From: Glaucostegus cemiculus
Lineage: Eukaryota
DNA length: 64,000 nt
Assembly: GCA_976551045.1 (NCBI GenBank)
Contig: CDPCPM010000233.1
Span: forward strand, 3,348,001-3,412,000
Direction: 5' to 3'
The notes under the pieces were generated by a model, which made no database searches, was not told the DNA's origin, and was given only the letters and a program-made list of their open reading frames with translations. Position 1 is the first letter of the stretch. Every line of letters begins with the position of its first letter. Below are positions 1 to 12,558 of this stretch, in pieces. Both the position numbers and the translations under genes were made by a program.

Positions 1-864
1 GAATGGAAAGAAAGTGGGTGCAGCTTGTGGCACATTGCCAGAAACGTGTCGCCAGTTTCAGTGGCACCTGGGAAGTTATTTGAGGGTGCGTTGCTTCTTT
101 TGAATGGCAGCGTAGCTTATCCTTCTCACAAGATATGGAACCACAGTTGTGGCACCTTGTTGAGATCAGATGTCTCGGCTCAAGTGTGGAATCAGACCTG
201 GGCCACCTCCGGCAGTGTATTTACACACTGAACTATTTGTGTAGGTGTGAATGGTCTGACAGTTGGCCGGTTGTTCTGGAGAAAACAGCTGGTTGACTGG
301 TGTGGGCACCAGCATGGACCCTATACTTAAATGCCTGTGCTTGCCCATGACAAAGTGCAGAACATGCTGGAGAACAGATGTGTGTGTTTGAGTGGGGCTC
401 CAAACTTAATAATAGCTAAACTTACCTTTTTAGTTATTTATTTCTGTTTCTAATTAATTGCGAGCAATATGTTTTAAATTTATTATCTTTTAATTTGCTA
501 TTTTTTAAAATTTAAATCATCTTCAATGTCATTCCTCACCTGCTGGCTGCTACATTATCTCGTGGGAGATGCAATGGTTGAGGGAAATAAAATAATTTCT
601 CTCATTCCTCCCAAGATACACACACACCATTCTCTGTTCTATTCTTCTCACCCACATTGTGTGAAATCAAGTGTCATTGCATTTTCTCTCCTTGTCTATG
701 AATCCAAAAAACACCTTGCCTCCATCACTTATGCAGCCTTCTGCAGTCTTAAGAGTCATCAAGATTTAAAATGTATAAATTATTCTTGTCATTATAATTT
801 TGATAATGTCTTGCATTTTTGTGCAGAAGTGGGAGTGAAAAAAACAATTATCTGTTTTATTTAG

Positions 865-948
865 AGTTTGGAATTTCATGATGCCTTTAAGACACCTGAC
901 ACTCTCCTTGAGCAATCGATCAGAAGTGTTTGATCTGAAATATTGCAA
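865..948 (+). CDS. Actinoporin-like protein, first visible coding exon (first ATG at 878; frame is open back to the acceptor, so upstream exons may exist)
   Basis: Acceptor tctgttttatttag ends at 864 and donor AA|gtaagt starts at 949. Translates (VWNF)MMPLRHLTLSLSNRSEVFDLKYC-N, resembling the first beta-strands of actinoporin-like proteins (R-x-x-x-I-x-I-x-N-x-S...L). The phase-2 junction joins in frame with the exon at 1671. Confidence 0.75.
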
Positions 949-974
949 GTAAGTACAGTAGTGTATCGCATTGA

Positions 975-1340
975 TAAAAGAGCTTGCAATTTTATAACGC
1001 CTTTCACTTTCTCAGAACATTCCAAAACAGTTTGTAAGGAAGAACTTTCAAACTGTGGTCACTGTTGTAATGTGGCAGCCAGTCTGTGTTCACAAACTGC
1101 TGTGAGATAAACATCCAGATAGCCTGTTGTTTTAGTTCATTTATGAGTAGTACCAAGAGTTATGTTTACATCAGTTTGAGAAAGAAAATGGTTGAATGGC
1201 TTATCTGGGAGATGGAACCTCTGATAACACTCACTCAGCACAGGACTGAAGGGGTAAGTTTGATAATCCATTCAAGCCTCTGGAATCGATTTGAACCCAT
1301 AGCTTCGTTATTTGGACAACCATTTGCCCAAAGCCAACAA
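975..1340 (-). mobile_element. Ancient Deu-domain-type SINE, degenerate, intronic
   Basis: Reverse-oriented tail (ttgcaattttataacgcctttcac...cattccaaaac...gtggtcactgttgtaatgt) shared with the copies at 7000-7310, 14185-14490 and 18380-18600. Confidence 0.55.
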
Positions 1341-1670
1341 TAAATGGTCACTGGTGGGACATTCATTTGGGAAAGTAACTTGGCTATGCCTGATTCTTTA
1401 CTCAACTATCACTGCATGGCTAATTTACCCTTATCATCAATAAGGCCAGTTCTAGCGACCCAATTGCTCGTAACTAGTTTGAGCTGACTTAGTATCACCA
1501 GAGATTGAGTCTGATCCCTTCATGGATAGACTGCTCAGTGACATACTAGGAAAATATATATATATTTCCCGAGTCAATGGATAGGATGTATGATCTGGCA
1601 AATTTATAGAAAATCATTTTTGGGTGGGAAATGGTGCAACTTTTTGAAGTCTTTTTATTCTCTTTTACAG

Positions 1671-2082
1671 TTTGTATATGAAGGAGGGTGCACCGGAAAA
1701 TCCATTAATAAAACCACAGGATTTACCACGGGGAAAAGATGCAACACTGGAGTTCTGCAATTCCCCAAACCCTAACATTGGCATCACCGGGATCTTGACG
1801 TACCACTATGGGGAAACGGACACTGGCTTTGCCATCTCTTTTCTAGTTCCCGTCTATCAGCAGGACATTCCGGAAATCTCTGTCTTCTGTTTGCGGTACC
1901 TGCCCACCCTCCAGAAACCAGATTTGAATCTGGATTCTTTCAAGCATCCTGATGCTGACCTGTATGCCGATATGATCAGACATCCAACCAGTTCTGCCAC
2001 TGGCAATGGCGTCTGTGTCACTGGTGGTACAATGACACCCATTCCCAACAGCAGACTTACAGTAACCATTACAGACATCTGA
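1671..2082 (+). CDS. Actinoporin-like (sea-anemone cytolysin fold, bryoporin-like) protein, terminal coding exon
   Basis: Acceptor tcttttattctcttttacag ends at 1670; aa|t completes an Asn codon. ORF LYMKEGAPENPLIKPQDLPRGKDATLEFCNSPNPNIGITGILTYHYG...FAISFLVPV...VTGGTMTPIPNSRLTVTITDI* follows the actinoporin pattern (Y..SG..P..I..G....F......G..GVLTY.....A.MFSVP ... M......L.V.I). The spliced product from ATG 878 is 160 aa. Confidence 0.75.
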
Positions 2083-4214
2083 TAGCTAGGCCAGACTTCC
2101 CCCCCCTAACCCTCCCCGCTGCACTGTGGTCATTTGTCAATAGTTGGCATGTGGTATCATTCCCCAGCTTCACTGTACATGCATAGTCCGACACAGCTGG
2201 GGTAAAGTTGTGATGTGAGGAAGATCAAGCCTTGAATTTGATGATTGCTTTATTATTGATGAGATTCACTGAAACCATGTAATTAATTCACAATTCCAGG
2301 TACAGATTAAATTGGTAACAGTGGAATTCCTTTTGTTAAAAATACACAGATATTTGATCTTCAATTTATATTGAAACAGCAATCCCAAAAAGCAATCTGT
2401 GTGAGATGGGCTAATTACTGGGGATGAGCTACACACTTAAACACTGCGTGTCTTAGTGTGGTTTCCTCTGTAGTGTGAGATTTCACCAGAGATGGATGTG
2501 GGGTTTGTCATTTTTTACTGCTAAACCCTGGGTTACTTGCTTTTTCTACTCTGCTCTTAACTGCAGTCATTTGTGCATTCGTAATCCTAGAATCAAAAGT
2601 TAGCAGGCCTGGAGTAAAACACCAAAAGGTTGTTTTACTACATTGGGTGTGGGGAAATAAGTTTTCCAAACTTTGCCCTTCCCCTTCCCCAAATGACTCA
2701 CTTGTAGTATTGAGACATTCACAAAAAACTGCTAAATGTCCTTGCTTTGTTTAGAATGATTCACTGCTTTCCTTAAAAGAGTTAACAAACAGGTAATACT
2801 TGATTTAATTGAAGTGGGCATGGATTGGTGTTAATGGAGGTATTACGTATGGCTTTTGGAAAGGCCATGTTGGGTTGTCTTTCTTTATCCTGTAAGGTGG
2901 TAGTGGATAGACTTCAATCCAAAAGACCTACCTGGCTTTGTTGAAGCTACCAAGCTAGATGTTTGATTTCCTTGTCTTCCTGCACAGGGCCAGTCTGAAG
3001 CTTCAGAGGCAAGGTTATGCCTAGAATTAGACCCCAGGCTTAAAGTGTGTCCGTTCAGCTTGGATAGGCTCTGCTGTAGACATGAGTCAGGAACTCTGCA
3101 GGTTCTGGAAATAGTCATCGTGTTCCACAAGATAGCAATGATCCAGTGAGGAATGACCAGTATCTTGAATGAGCTGTTGAAAATAATTATTGTGCAAGAT
3201 AGATTATTATTTAATATTCCAGTCAGGAGATGTGTGGATGGAGATTGCCAGGACAATGAAGAGTCTTGAACTTCAGATTCAATTGGTTTGGCTGTTGATG
3301 AAAATTAATTGCATACTTTTAAAACATTTGTGTTACTGTTATCATCTGATTATTTATGTGAAGATTCATTATTTTTGCTTCTAAATTATTTTTTGTCTGA
3401 TTTGGATCAGGAACATTTCTGGGAAACCTGTACCAAAACTGGACAATCTGGGGATGAAGTGCAGTTTACATTTCTAAATAGAACATTGATTCCATTTAAC
3501 AGGAAATTTGTGACGATAACAATGTAAGAATATTTTTCATTGACGTGCAAAATTTTTGTAGTTCGTTTGGCTTGAACTGTGAACCCACCTCCCACATAAG
3601 CAGCTTTGGATTTTTTGTCTTTCTAATTGGTGCTAATTATGGAGATCATCTTCTGAGCTGCACAATATTAGGTGGACTTATTGTAGGTACTAACTTGATA
3701 CTACTAAGTGTGATCCTTGTAGGAGCAAATTAAAATGAACTGGATGGTATAGTGTAAAGAGGTTGTTTTAGTGTGATGTACTTTATGGCTGCTATAATAT
3801 GTCTGATATTAAGTGGTTAATTTATATGAAATTTTGTCAGGTAAAAGAGGGGAATTGGGACCAGCAAAGTCATAATCCGTGCCTTCAGAGAAGGGAAAGG
3901 GAGGTCGTAGGTGGAAGTAAATAAAATTAAAGGAGCTCAGCACAATTCAAATCTAAGTAAATTTCAAAAGTGAATATTTTACAATGTGAATATAAAGTGT
4001 AAATGAACCTGGTCAGGTGTTGAGAAGCAAGTTCCAGGATTTTTTGATCTGTGATTGGAACTGATTTAGATCAGACATGATCTTAATAAATGATAGAGCC
4101 AGCTAAATGGACCAGATGCTGTCTATGTTTTCTATTTAACATTTGTAAGGAAGTTGTGTGTGATATACTGGATGGATTCATTGAATAAAGAAAAGTTTTT
4201 TGGGACTTTTTGGT

Positions 4215-6160
4215 CATAGTTATATAGCATTGAAATAGACCCTTTAGCCCAACTTGTCCAAAGTGCCTATCTAAGCTAATCCCATTTTCCCACATTTGAC
4301 CCATATTCTTCTAAAGCTTTCCTATCCATGTACCTATCCAACTGTCTTTTAACTATTGTTATTGTATCCGCCTCAACCACCTCCTCTGGCAGCTCGTTCC
4401 ATATACATATCACCTTCTGTGTGGGGGGAGAAAGTTGCCCCTCAGGTTCCTATTAAATCTTATCCCTCGCACTTTAAACCTCCGCCCTTTAGTTCTTGAA
4501 TTCCCAACCCTGGTTTGACTTCCCAAAATGCAACACCTTTCACTTATCTGAATTAAACTCCATTTGCTATTCCTTGGCCCACTTTCCCATCTAATCGAGA
4601 TCTCACTGTAATTCCTGATAACCTTCACTATTATACGGAGAGAAGAAATTCTGCAGATGCTGGAATCTGGAGCAATACACGGAAAGTGCTGGAGGAACTC
4701 AGCAGGTCAGCCAGCATCTATGGAGGGAAATAAACAGTCTATATTTTGGGCTGAGACCCTTCATCAGGACTGGAAAAGAAGAGGGCAGAAGCCAGAATAA
4801 GAAGGTGGGGGTAGGGGGAGGAGCACACGCAGGCAGGGAAGAGGTGAGTTCAGGTGATGGACGAGTCCAGGTGAGTGGGGGAAGGTGGGCAGGGGAAGGG
4901 GGAGATGTAACAAGTTGCGAAGTGATGGGTAGAAGAGGCAAAGGGCTGAAGACAGAGGAATCCAGAAGTAGAGCGCAGTGAACCATGGAATAAAGGATGG
5001 AAGAGGAGAGGAGATGGGCAGGTCATCAAGGTGGGGAGGGAGCCACAGGAATAAGGGAAGACAAAGGAGTGGGGGGGGGGGGGGGAGGTGGGGAAGAAAA
5101 GGGGTGGGGTTACTGGAAGTTAGAGAAATCGATGCTGAGGCCATCAGTTTGGAGACTCCAAAGGTGGAATATGAGGTGTTGTTCCTCCAACCTGGTGTTG
5201 AGGGTGTCTGGCATCAATGTGGCAGTAGAGAGGCCATGGATAGGCATGTCACTATGGGAGTGGGATGTGGAAGTGAAGTGGGTGGCCACCCAGAGGTCCT
5301 GGCTGTTGTGGTGGACAGAGCGAAGGTGCTCGATGGAGTGGTCACCCAATCTGCATCAGGTCTCACAGTTGTACAGAAAGCTGCACCCAGTGCAATAAAT
5401 GACACCCTCTGACTCACAGGTGAAGCACTGCCTCACCGGGAAGGATTGTTTGGGACTCTGAATGGTGGTGAGGGAGGTGGTGTAGGGACAGGCATAGCAC
5501 TTGGTGCAGTTGCAGGCATAAATGCCATGGGGGTTATCAGTGGGGAAGGACGAGTGGACAAGGGAGTAGCAGAGAGCGATTCCTGTGGAAAGCAGAGGGG
5601 GCAAGGGGAAGATGTGTCGGGTGGTAGGATCCCATTGGAGGTGGTGGAAATTGCATTGGATGTGTTGGATGCGGAGGCTTGTGGGGTGGTGAGGACAAGG
5701 GGAACTCTGTCCCTGTTATGTCAGAGGGGGTAAGGGTAGAAGTGCAGGAAGTGGAGGAGATACGGGTAAGGGTAGCTGTCTTATACCACCTATTTTAGTG
5801 TCATCTGTAAACTTGCTAACTGTTAAGACACCATAGATGACACTAAAATAGTGTCATCTATAAATGTACATTCTCATCCAAATCATTGATATAGACGACC
5901 AGTACCAACTCCTGAGGCACACCACTAGGCACAGGCATTCAGTCCTAAAAACAGCCCTCCACCATCATAAAGGCTTCCTACCATTAAGCCAATTCTATAT
6001 CAAGTTAGCTAGCTCTCCCTGGATCCCATAGCAGCTTACAATGGCCTTGAAGTCCATATAGATTACTACTACACTGCCTGCATCGATCTTCTTGGTTACT
6101 TTTAAAAAAACCTCAAATTTGTGAGATAGGATCTCCCACACACAAAGGTTTGCTGACTAT
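4215..6160 (-). mobile_element. CR1 LINE fragment (RT C-terminal part and 3' UTR), split by a Penelope insertion at about 4637-5780
   Basis: Minus-strand GRRFKVRGIRFNRNLRGNF motif and CR1 3' UTR at 4215-4510. The RT FADDTK-type region resumes after 5781. Confidence 0.8.
4637..5780 (-). mobile_element. Penelope-like element (GIY-YIG endonuclease remnant plus terminal repeat)
   Basis: Minus frames give CNCTKCYACPYT...FPVRQCFTCESEGVIYC and EHLRSV...VATHF...LEEQHLIFHLWSLQTDGLSIDFSNF. Typical terminus (gcagatgctggaatctggagca...gctggaggaactcagcagg). ttatac flanks both sides. Confidence 0.85.
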
Positions 6161-6999
6161 TATCTTAGAACACAGTACTACCTTAAAGTTGGCCACAAAT
6201 CCTGCAGCAAAACATTATTGATTTGGTCCTATGCAAAATATTGAAAGGAAAAGTTAGTCAGAATTCTATCACTCTTTCCTCAGCAATGTTTGATACGTTT
6301 CCTTGGAAGTACTTGATAACTTTAACCCACTATAACAGTACAGGGAAAACTTTATTACTTGGTTATTAACTCATGCATAATGTATACAGCAGGCAATTAT
6401 AATTATCTCATTCTTTCTGACAGTGCATATTTTTATTTGTAATAATACTTTTAAACTTTTACTTTCTTGCCCTTTGCATCCCTGTTCAGTTTGCCAAGAA
6501 GGTGCAGATGGAATGTGGGGGTGAGGTACAATGAACTCCAAACAACTTGAGTTTTTAGTTAATTAAATTGATCATAATTTCAGTCACATTTCTAATTACT
6601 AAATTAAGAGTTAGCACATCATTTGAACTTTTTACCAAGAGGAGTTGGGATGAGTAGACTGATCCAGTGAGTTCAGTAGGCATGTTAGGAATCACATTTC
6701 TTCCAGCCATTCATTTTTAATGAATTTCTAACTGAATTGAGGAAAAGTTGCATTGTGCTGCATGCTGCACTAGTGGGTTTAAAGCCCACCAAACCAACTC
6801 TAGGACCTCAGCAGGCCGAGTTGTCAGCCTTAGTCCAGCGACTGGCACTGTTGTTTCTAATTCAGAATATTGCATGTCTAGTTTCAGTCTAGGGACTTGA
6901 GCACTTAATCCAGCCTGATGTGGATCTTGAGCAACAATCTGCTGGAGTTCCTTCAGCAGAACTGCCCAGTCTCTACTCCATCTGCAGTCTCTTGTGTTG

Positions 7000-7310
7000 G
7001 GCATGGATCTTGCTGCACTGCTAAAGTACTGCAGCTTTTTGATGAGATGACATACCGAGATTTTGTCTGCCTTTTTCGGTGGCTATAAAAGATCCCTTGG
7101 ACATATTTCAAACATGTGCAAGAAAGTTCTCCCAGGTTTCCTGGCTAATATTAATCCTTCACCCAATGGCAAAGTACAGATTACCCAATCATTTATTTCA
7201 TTGTCATTTGTAGGATATTTGTACAATTGAATGCCATTTTTCCAACATAATCAGTCACTGTATTCAGGAAGAACCTAATTTGTGGTAAATGTCATCCTTC
7301 AGGTTACAAA
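7000..7310 (+). mobile_element. Deu-domain-type SINE, degenerate
   Basis: gatgagatga...ataaaagatcccttggacatatttca...gttctcccagg...ctggctaatattaatccttcacc core shared with the other copies. Confidence 0.55.
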
Positions 7311-7549
7311 ATGTGCTTTAGAAATGCCTTTTTTCCATGCAGTAAATTGAGAACTAAACAGAAAATGGAAGCTGAGATTGTTATAAAGTACCAATAGGAA
7401 TACTGTTGACCTGCAGGGAAGGTCACTGCCACCATCACCAGATCTGGTCCACACACTGCCTGGTTGACTCTTGAAGCTTTCAGGGCAACTGGCAATAGAC
7501 AAAATAAAAGAAAACCCCACACCTTAAGGTTTTTAACTTATGCTGAGTT

Positions 7550-9700
7550 GAGCTCATCTAAACCAAGAAGCTTCACCTGGAACTTTTGAGTCCTGTAACT
7601 TCCAAACACTTCTTATTGGAATGGGGAGCCTGCACCAGATGTTTCAGCCCAGGGTGTTGGTCTAGTTTCAAGCTGTCCTCCCCAGTTTGTATTCTCAGTC
7701 TTGGAACATCCACAGTATGTGGAGAGCTGTTAACTACTGCAAATCAAGGAACCTTGACCAGATATCCATCTTGCCTCCATACATAAAAGCTGGACACTAA
7801 TTATGCCACAATGATTGTTACTGTGATTATGCCAGACATGAAAAATGGTATTTAAGAGCATCACAGCTAAACCTGACAGTGTCTCATTAAATCCACTTGG
7901 TCTCATCTAGTAACCATTAGGTACAGGAAACCTGGATAACTACTTAGACCATACCTCATCCTTGGCACTGAGGTTAGGCCTAGAAGTTATTGTATAGCAC
8001 AATGTTTTCATGCACTACCTGAATTCTAATAAAGCATACAAGATGCAATGGGCACTTCCATCCATGTGGTTGTAGACTGGTTTTCCATGTGTATAAAACA
8101 CTGTGTACTGATGTTATTTCAAGACTATTTGTACATACATGATTCATGAACTGTAGCCTTGAACACAGGAGCAAGTAATAACCAGAAGATGAAGCCTGCT
8201 TCTGTGTTGCTTAAGGGCTCTTCTTTATCTGAGCTGAAGTCCTTGAATCAACTGGAGCAGTGATGCTTACACTCAGGGATCCCAAGGTTGTCCTGTTTGA
8301 GGTAAGTGCATTGATCACTAACTGGAAGACCCTAGTCTCTGTCCAGGGTGCCCACCCCTGATACTACATGGTATCCAGCACATTGTCTTGCCATTCAGGG
8401 GCAAATCTTCCCCAAAGAGGGAGAAACAAAATTTTGTTATGAATCATAACTTAGAGTTCCTGCTTTATGCATAACTTTGAGGTTTTACACTGTCAACTTC
8501 TGAAGGTCTAGGATTCATGATTTTACCAGGTATGGCACATTGCCAGTTATGTGGTGTGGAATATAACTTTCCCAATGGCCTTGTGTTAACTGACACACAT
8601 CCTTTGTGCAGCATAACTTTAATGTACATTTACATGAGCAAACAATTTAAGTTTTTCCATAGATGGATAATTTTAAGAAAGTGTGCATGAACAAAATAGA
8701 GAAAAGGGGAACAGGGGTTGTGCTGAATTTGCACTTATAGTCACACTAGGAAAAAGATGAAAGATATACTTAGCTTTATTAGAACTCTTAATTGCAAAGT
8801 ACCAGCACTCTTGCACTGTATACCACCTGTCACAACACAACATGATCAGTTCTCTGAATACCAAGCTCATGATATCTTGAGTGTTGGTCTCAGGTTCTCT
8901 GACTGTTCCAGAGTTTGGCAATGAGTTAACTATGTTTACAGGACCCATTTTCCTCATTCTTTTTCTTCCAATGAGATGGAAGCACACTGATAGACCAGTC
9001 AAGGTTTGGCTGATTTCATTCACTGTTGTCCCATTGCAGCTGGACTTTGTTACCAAAATATGACCCCCATTTTCCTCTACTAATTGTGTTGCATCCTAAT
9101 TATTGGTACCGAGCCAATCAAGGATAGAGGAACATTCAGCTAATTGCTGCTGATGGTTTGCACAAGTATCTCAATCTTCACCTGGATCTGGTGGTCTTAT
9201 CAGACCTCCTCACTTGGGTACTCTGACTTAACCCAAGCCTCTGATTACCTCTTATTACCATTGTATTAGCCCACACTTCTCCCTGTGGCTAAGGCCATCA
9301 GTGCCTTTGGTGCTATCTTAGAACATCACTACAGCCAACTAGTCACTTCCCAATTTATTGTCAAGGTCATGGATCTTATAAAGTGAGCCGACTTCAAGTT
9401 ATGGGTGTTGCTTTGTGAAACTGAGGATATTACATTGGGGTATTCTCTCTCATCTCCTGCTGATCTGGTTCCAGCATGTATTTATGTTTATTTCACTGTC
9501 TTAATTATACCAATGGCTTCTCAAAATAATTCCTATTTCAAAATCCTATGATAAATTAATCCTGGAGATTCACTCCTTTGATTAACTGGTTATCAATCTC
9601 CTTGCTTATACTTCCATAACACTCCCAGAAAGCTGACAGACCACTAACCATCCCTTTATGTATTTGCCTCCAGATGTCAGTTAAAACTGAACACACCACC
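7550..9700 (-). mobile_element. Possible highly decayed Gypsy-type LTR retrotransposon remnant
   Basis: Minus-strand fragments PEWQDNVLDTM..GHPG (integrase zinc-binding-like) near 8330-8400 and KTSLQPHG (KSRTTPYHPQG-like) near 8060-8090. Many stops. Confidence 0.25.
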
Positions 9701-9879
9701 CATTCTTACATTCTGTGCTGTTTGCTGTAACTCTGACTACCACAGAGGGAGTGTTTGTCAGACAGGTGGGGTTAAGGAGGATCTTAAAAGCAAAACTACT
9801 CCCCCACCTCTTACCTCTGTCCCTACCCCTTTTGAAACATCAAAACCCCCAAAATATCCAGCAGGCATTCCTGCCCTTG

Positions 9880-11310
9880 TGACAGCCAATTCTGTAAAGA
9901 CCACAACATCGTAGTTCCACGTACTTACTCATACTCTAAATGCCTCACTCTTGTTCCTGATACTTCTCATATCAAAGTAGACACATTTCAGCCCATCCAA
10001 CTGACTGCAATTTTGCCCTTTCAACTGCCTATCCTTCCTCAGTCTTTCTACACACTGTATCTACTTGTACTCTAAATGCACCAATCTCTGACCCATGTCT
10101 CAGGATTCCCATCCCCCTGCCAAACTAAACTCTTCAACAGTTCTAGCAAACCTGCCCACAAGAATATTGGTCCCCCTCCAGTTCAGGTATAACCCATCCA
10201 TTTTGTACAGGTTGTACCTTCCCCAGAAGAGATCCCAATGATCAACAAATCTGAAACCCTGCCCCAACTCCTCAGCCACACATTCATTTGCCAATTCAAT
10301 CTATTCTTACCCTCACTGGCATGTGCCACAGGCAGCAATCTAGAGAGCAGTACTCGAGGTCCTGGTTTTCAGCTTTCAACCCAGCTCCCTATATTCCCTC
10401 TTCAGGACCTCATCTCTTTTCCTACCTATGCCATTGATACCAATATGTACCATGACCTCTGGCTGTTCACCCTCCCCCTTCAGACTGCTGTGGATCCCAT
10501 CTAAGATATCCTGACCCTGGCACCCAGGAGACAACATCCCATCTGGGAGTCTCTTTCACATTGACAGAAACTCCTGTCTGCCCCCTTACTATAGAATCCC
10601 CTATCACTAGCACTCTCCTCTTCTCCCCCCTACCCTTGTGCTACATAACCAGGATCAGTGCTAGAGACCTGGTCACTGCAGCTTTCCCCTGATAGGTCAT
10701 CCCCCCAACAGTATCCAAAGCAGTATACTTGTTATTCAGGTGAACAGTCACAGGGATACTCTGCACTACCTGCCTATTCTCCATCCTCCTCCTGACAGTT
10801 ACCCAGCTACCTGCCTCCTGCAGCTTAGGAGTAACTGCCTCCCTGTGTGTGTGTATATATATATGTCATCTAGCTGCAGCTCCAGTTCCCTAACACAGTC
10901 TGTAAGGAGCTGCAGCTGATTGCACCTCATGTAGATGTAGCTATCAGGGAGACTACAGGTCTCCCAGAACTCCCACATCTCACAAGATGAACACACCACT
11001 GACCCTGGAGCCATTCTCACTACTCTGGCCTGGCACTGAAGGAAAATCCAAAGCAAGAGAGAAAGAAACTTACCAGTGACTTACCTTAGCCTCTGCTGCC
11101 TCTCACCAAAGCCTCAGGTGCTGCACTCCAACACTGGTCCACTCACACAATAGCCGCTCTGCTGCTACTTACCTTCCTTTTATTTGCTGCTGTTAATTAG
11201 CCAATCAACCAGTAACAATCTGTAAACACGCCTCTTTTAGACTCTTGCAAGGTGAAACTCACAAGCACACGCACAGAGACTCACCTCTTTTCAAAGCTCC
11301 TGCTCCAAAT
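9880..11310 (-). mobile_element. CR1 LINE 5' part (5' UTR, ORF1 zinc-finger/esterase, start of the endonuclease)
   Basis: ORFs MAPGSVVCSSCEMWE...CNQLQLLTDCVRELELQLDDI and GFRFVDHWDLFWGRYNLYKMDGLYLNWRGTNILVGRFA are characteristic CR1 ORF1 motifs. Confidence 0.85.
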
Positions 11311-11316
11311 CTCGCT

Positions 11317-11810
11317 GGGAAGGATGTGGAAGCTTTAGAGAGAGTGCAGAGGAGATTTACCAGAATGTTGCCTGGATTGGAGAACATGTCTTATGAGGAT
11401 AGGTTGAGTGAGCTAAGCTTTTCACTTTGGAGAGAAGGAGGATGAAAGGTGACTTGATAGAGGTGTACAAGATAATAAGAGGCATAGCTCGAGTGGACAT
11501 TCAGAGACTTTTTCCCAGTGCCACAATAGCTAACACGAGGGGACATAATTTTAAGGTGATTGGAGGAGGGTATAAGGGGGAATGTAAGGGGTAAATTTTT
11601 TTTACACAGAGAGTGGCGGGTGCATGGACCGCGCTGCCTGCAGAGGTTTTGGGGGCAGATACATTAGGGTCATTTAAGAGACTCTTAGATAGGCACATGA
11701 ATGATAGAAAAATAGGGGCTATGTGGGAGGGAAGGGTTAGCTAGATCTTAGAGCAGGATATAATGGCACAACATCGTGGGCTGAAGCGCCTGTACTGTGC
11801 TGTTTATGTT
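11317..11810 (+). mobile_element. CR1 LINE 3' end
   Basis: KDVEALERVQRRFTRMLPGLE...TRGHNFKVIG..FFTQRVAGAW followed by the CR1 3' UTR. Confidence 0.9.
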
Positions 11811-12250
11811 CAATCTTCTAATTAACTGGAGAAAATTGCCAGTGGTCTGTTGACCTTTGGCCAAATTCCAGGCAGAATTCAGCAGTCTGATTACACTTCA
11901 TCATGTCAGAGGCCATGTGACCGGCTGTCATGCACGTTGATGACTTCAACATTAAAGGCAATTCCCCTTCCTCACAAAAAAAACACTTCTACTTTACAGG
12001 CAATGTCAGATGTTCAAGTTCCATTTATTATTAAGGAATTTGGGAATGAAAATATACTGGGGGTAAACAAGATGAGAGTTTATAATAACTGCCAGGGGCT
12101 TGGGAAGTGAATAATGTGAAATTACATTGCAAAATGGATTCATGAATTTGAACTTCAGACCAATTATTGAAAGGTAGCAACACACCATCTCCTTCAAATT
12201 TATAGAAACATTACTTTTCTATTTAATCTGATTGCCGTTAGATCTTTGTC

Positions 12251-12558
12251 CAGGTCCTCCTCTCTCTTACGACAGAGTTCTGTTCCTGCAAACTGTTTGT
12301 AACTGAGCAGTTTGCAAGTTGGAAATACAGCTGTTGGCAATGTACTTAAATAAAAACATAAATCAACCGAGGGAGGTGTAGTTAAACCAGGGTGTTTAAC
12401 TCAACCGTTCATATTTAGCCGTGACCCAGGTTCCCACACTTCAGAAGGTGCCTGCAGCCTCACAGCGGCTTGAAAACCCCTCCTACAGGTCTCCCAAATG
12501 CTCGTTTGTATATATGGATTGTATATAGGTGGGGCGTACGTAACCTGGGGAGGACCTG
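12251..12558. mobile_element. Non-autonomous Tc1/pogo (Tigger-like) MITE
   Basis: Terminal inverted repeats caggtcctcc (12251) and ggaggacctg (12549-12558), with TA following the right end. The left target dinucleotide reads tc. Confidence 0.6.

Noticed and set aside
1-350. Possible upstream exon of the actinoporin-like gene (frame 1 ...VAPGKLFEGALLLLNG...)
   Set aside because: Only a superficial resemblance. The frame stops at 231 and no convincing phase-compatible donor was found.
2306-2311. ATTAAA as poly(A) signal of the actinoporin-like gene
   Set aside because: Plausible but not distinguishable from chance in AT-rich sequence without 3'-end data.
4699-5733. Long Pro- or Gly-rich ORFs on both strands
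   Set aside because: By-products of the purine-rich Penelope sequence, not host genes.
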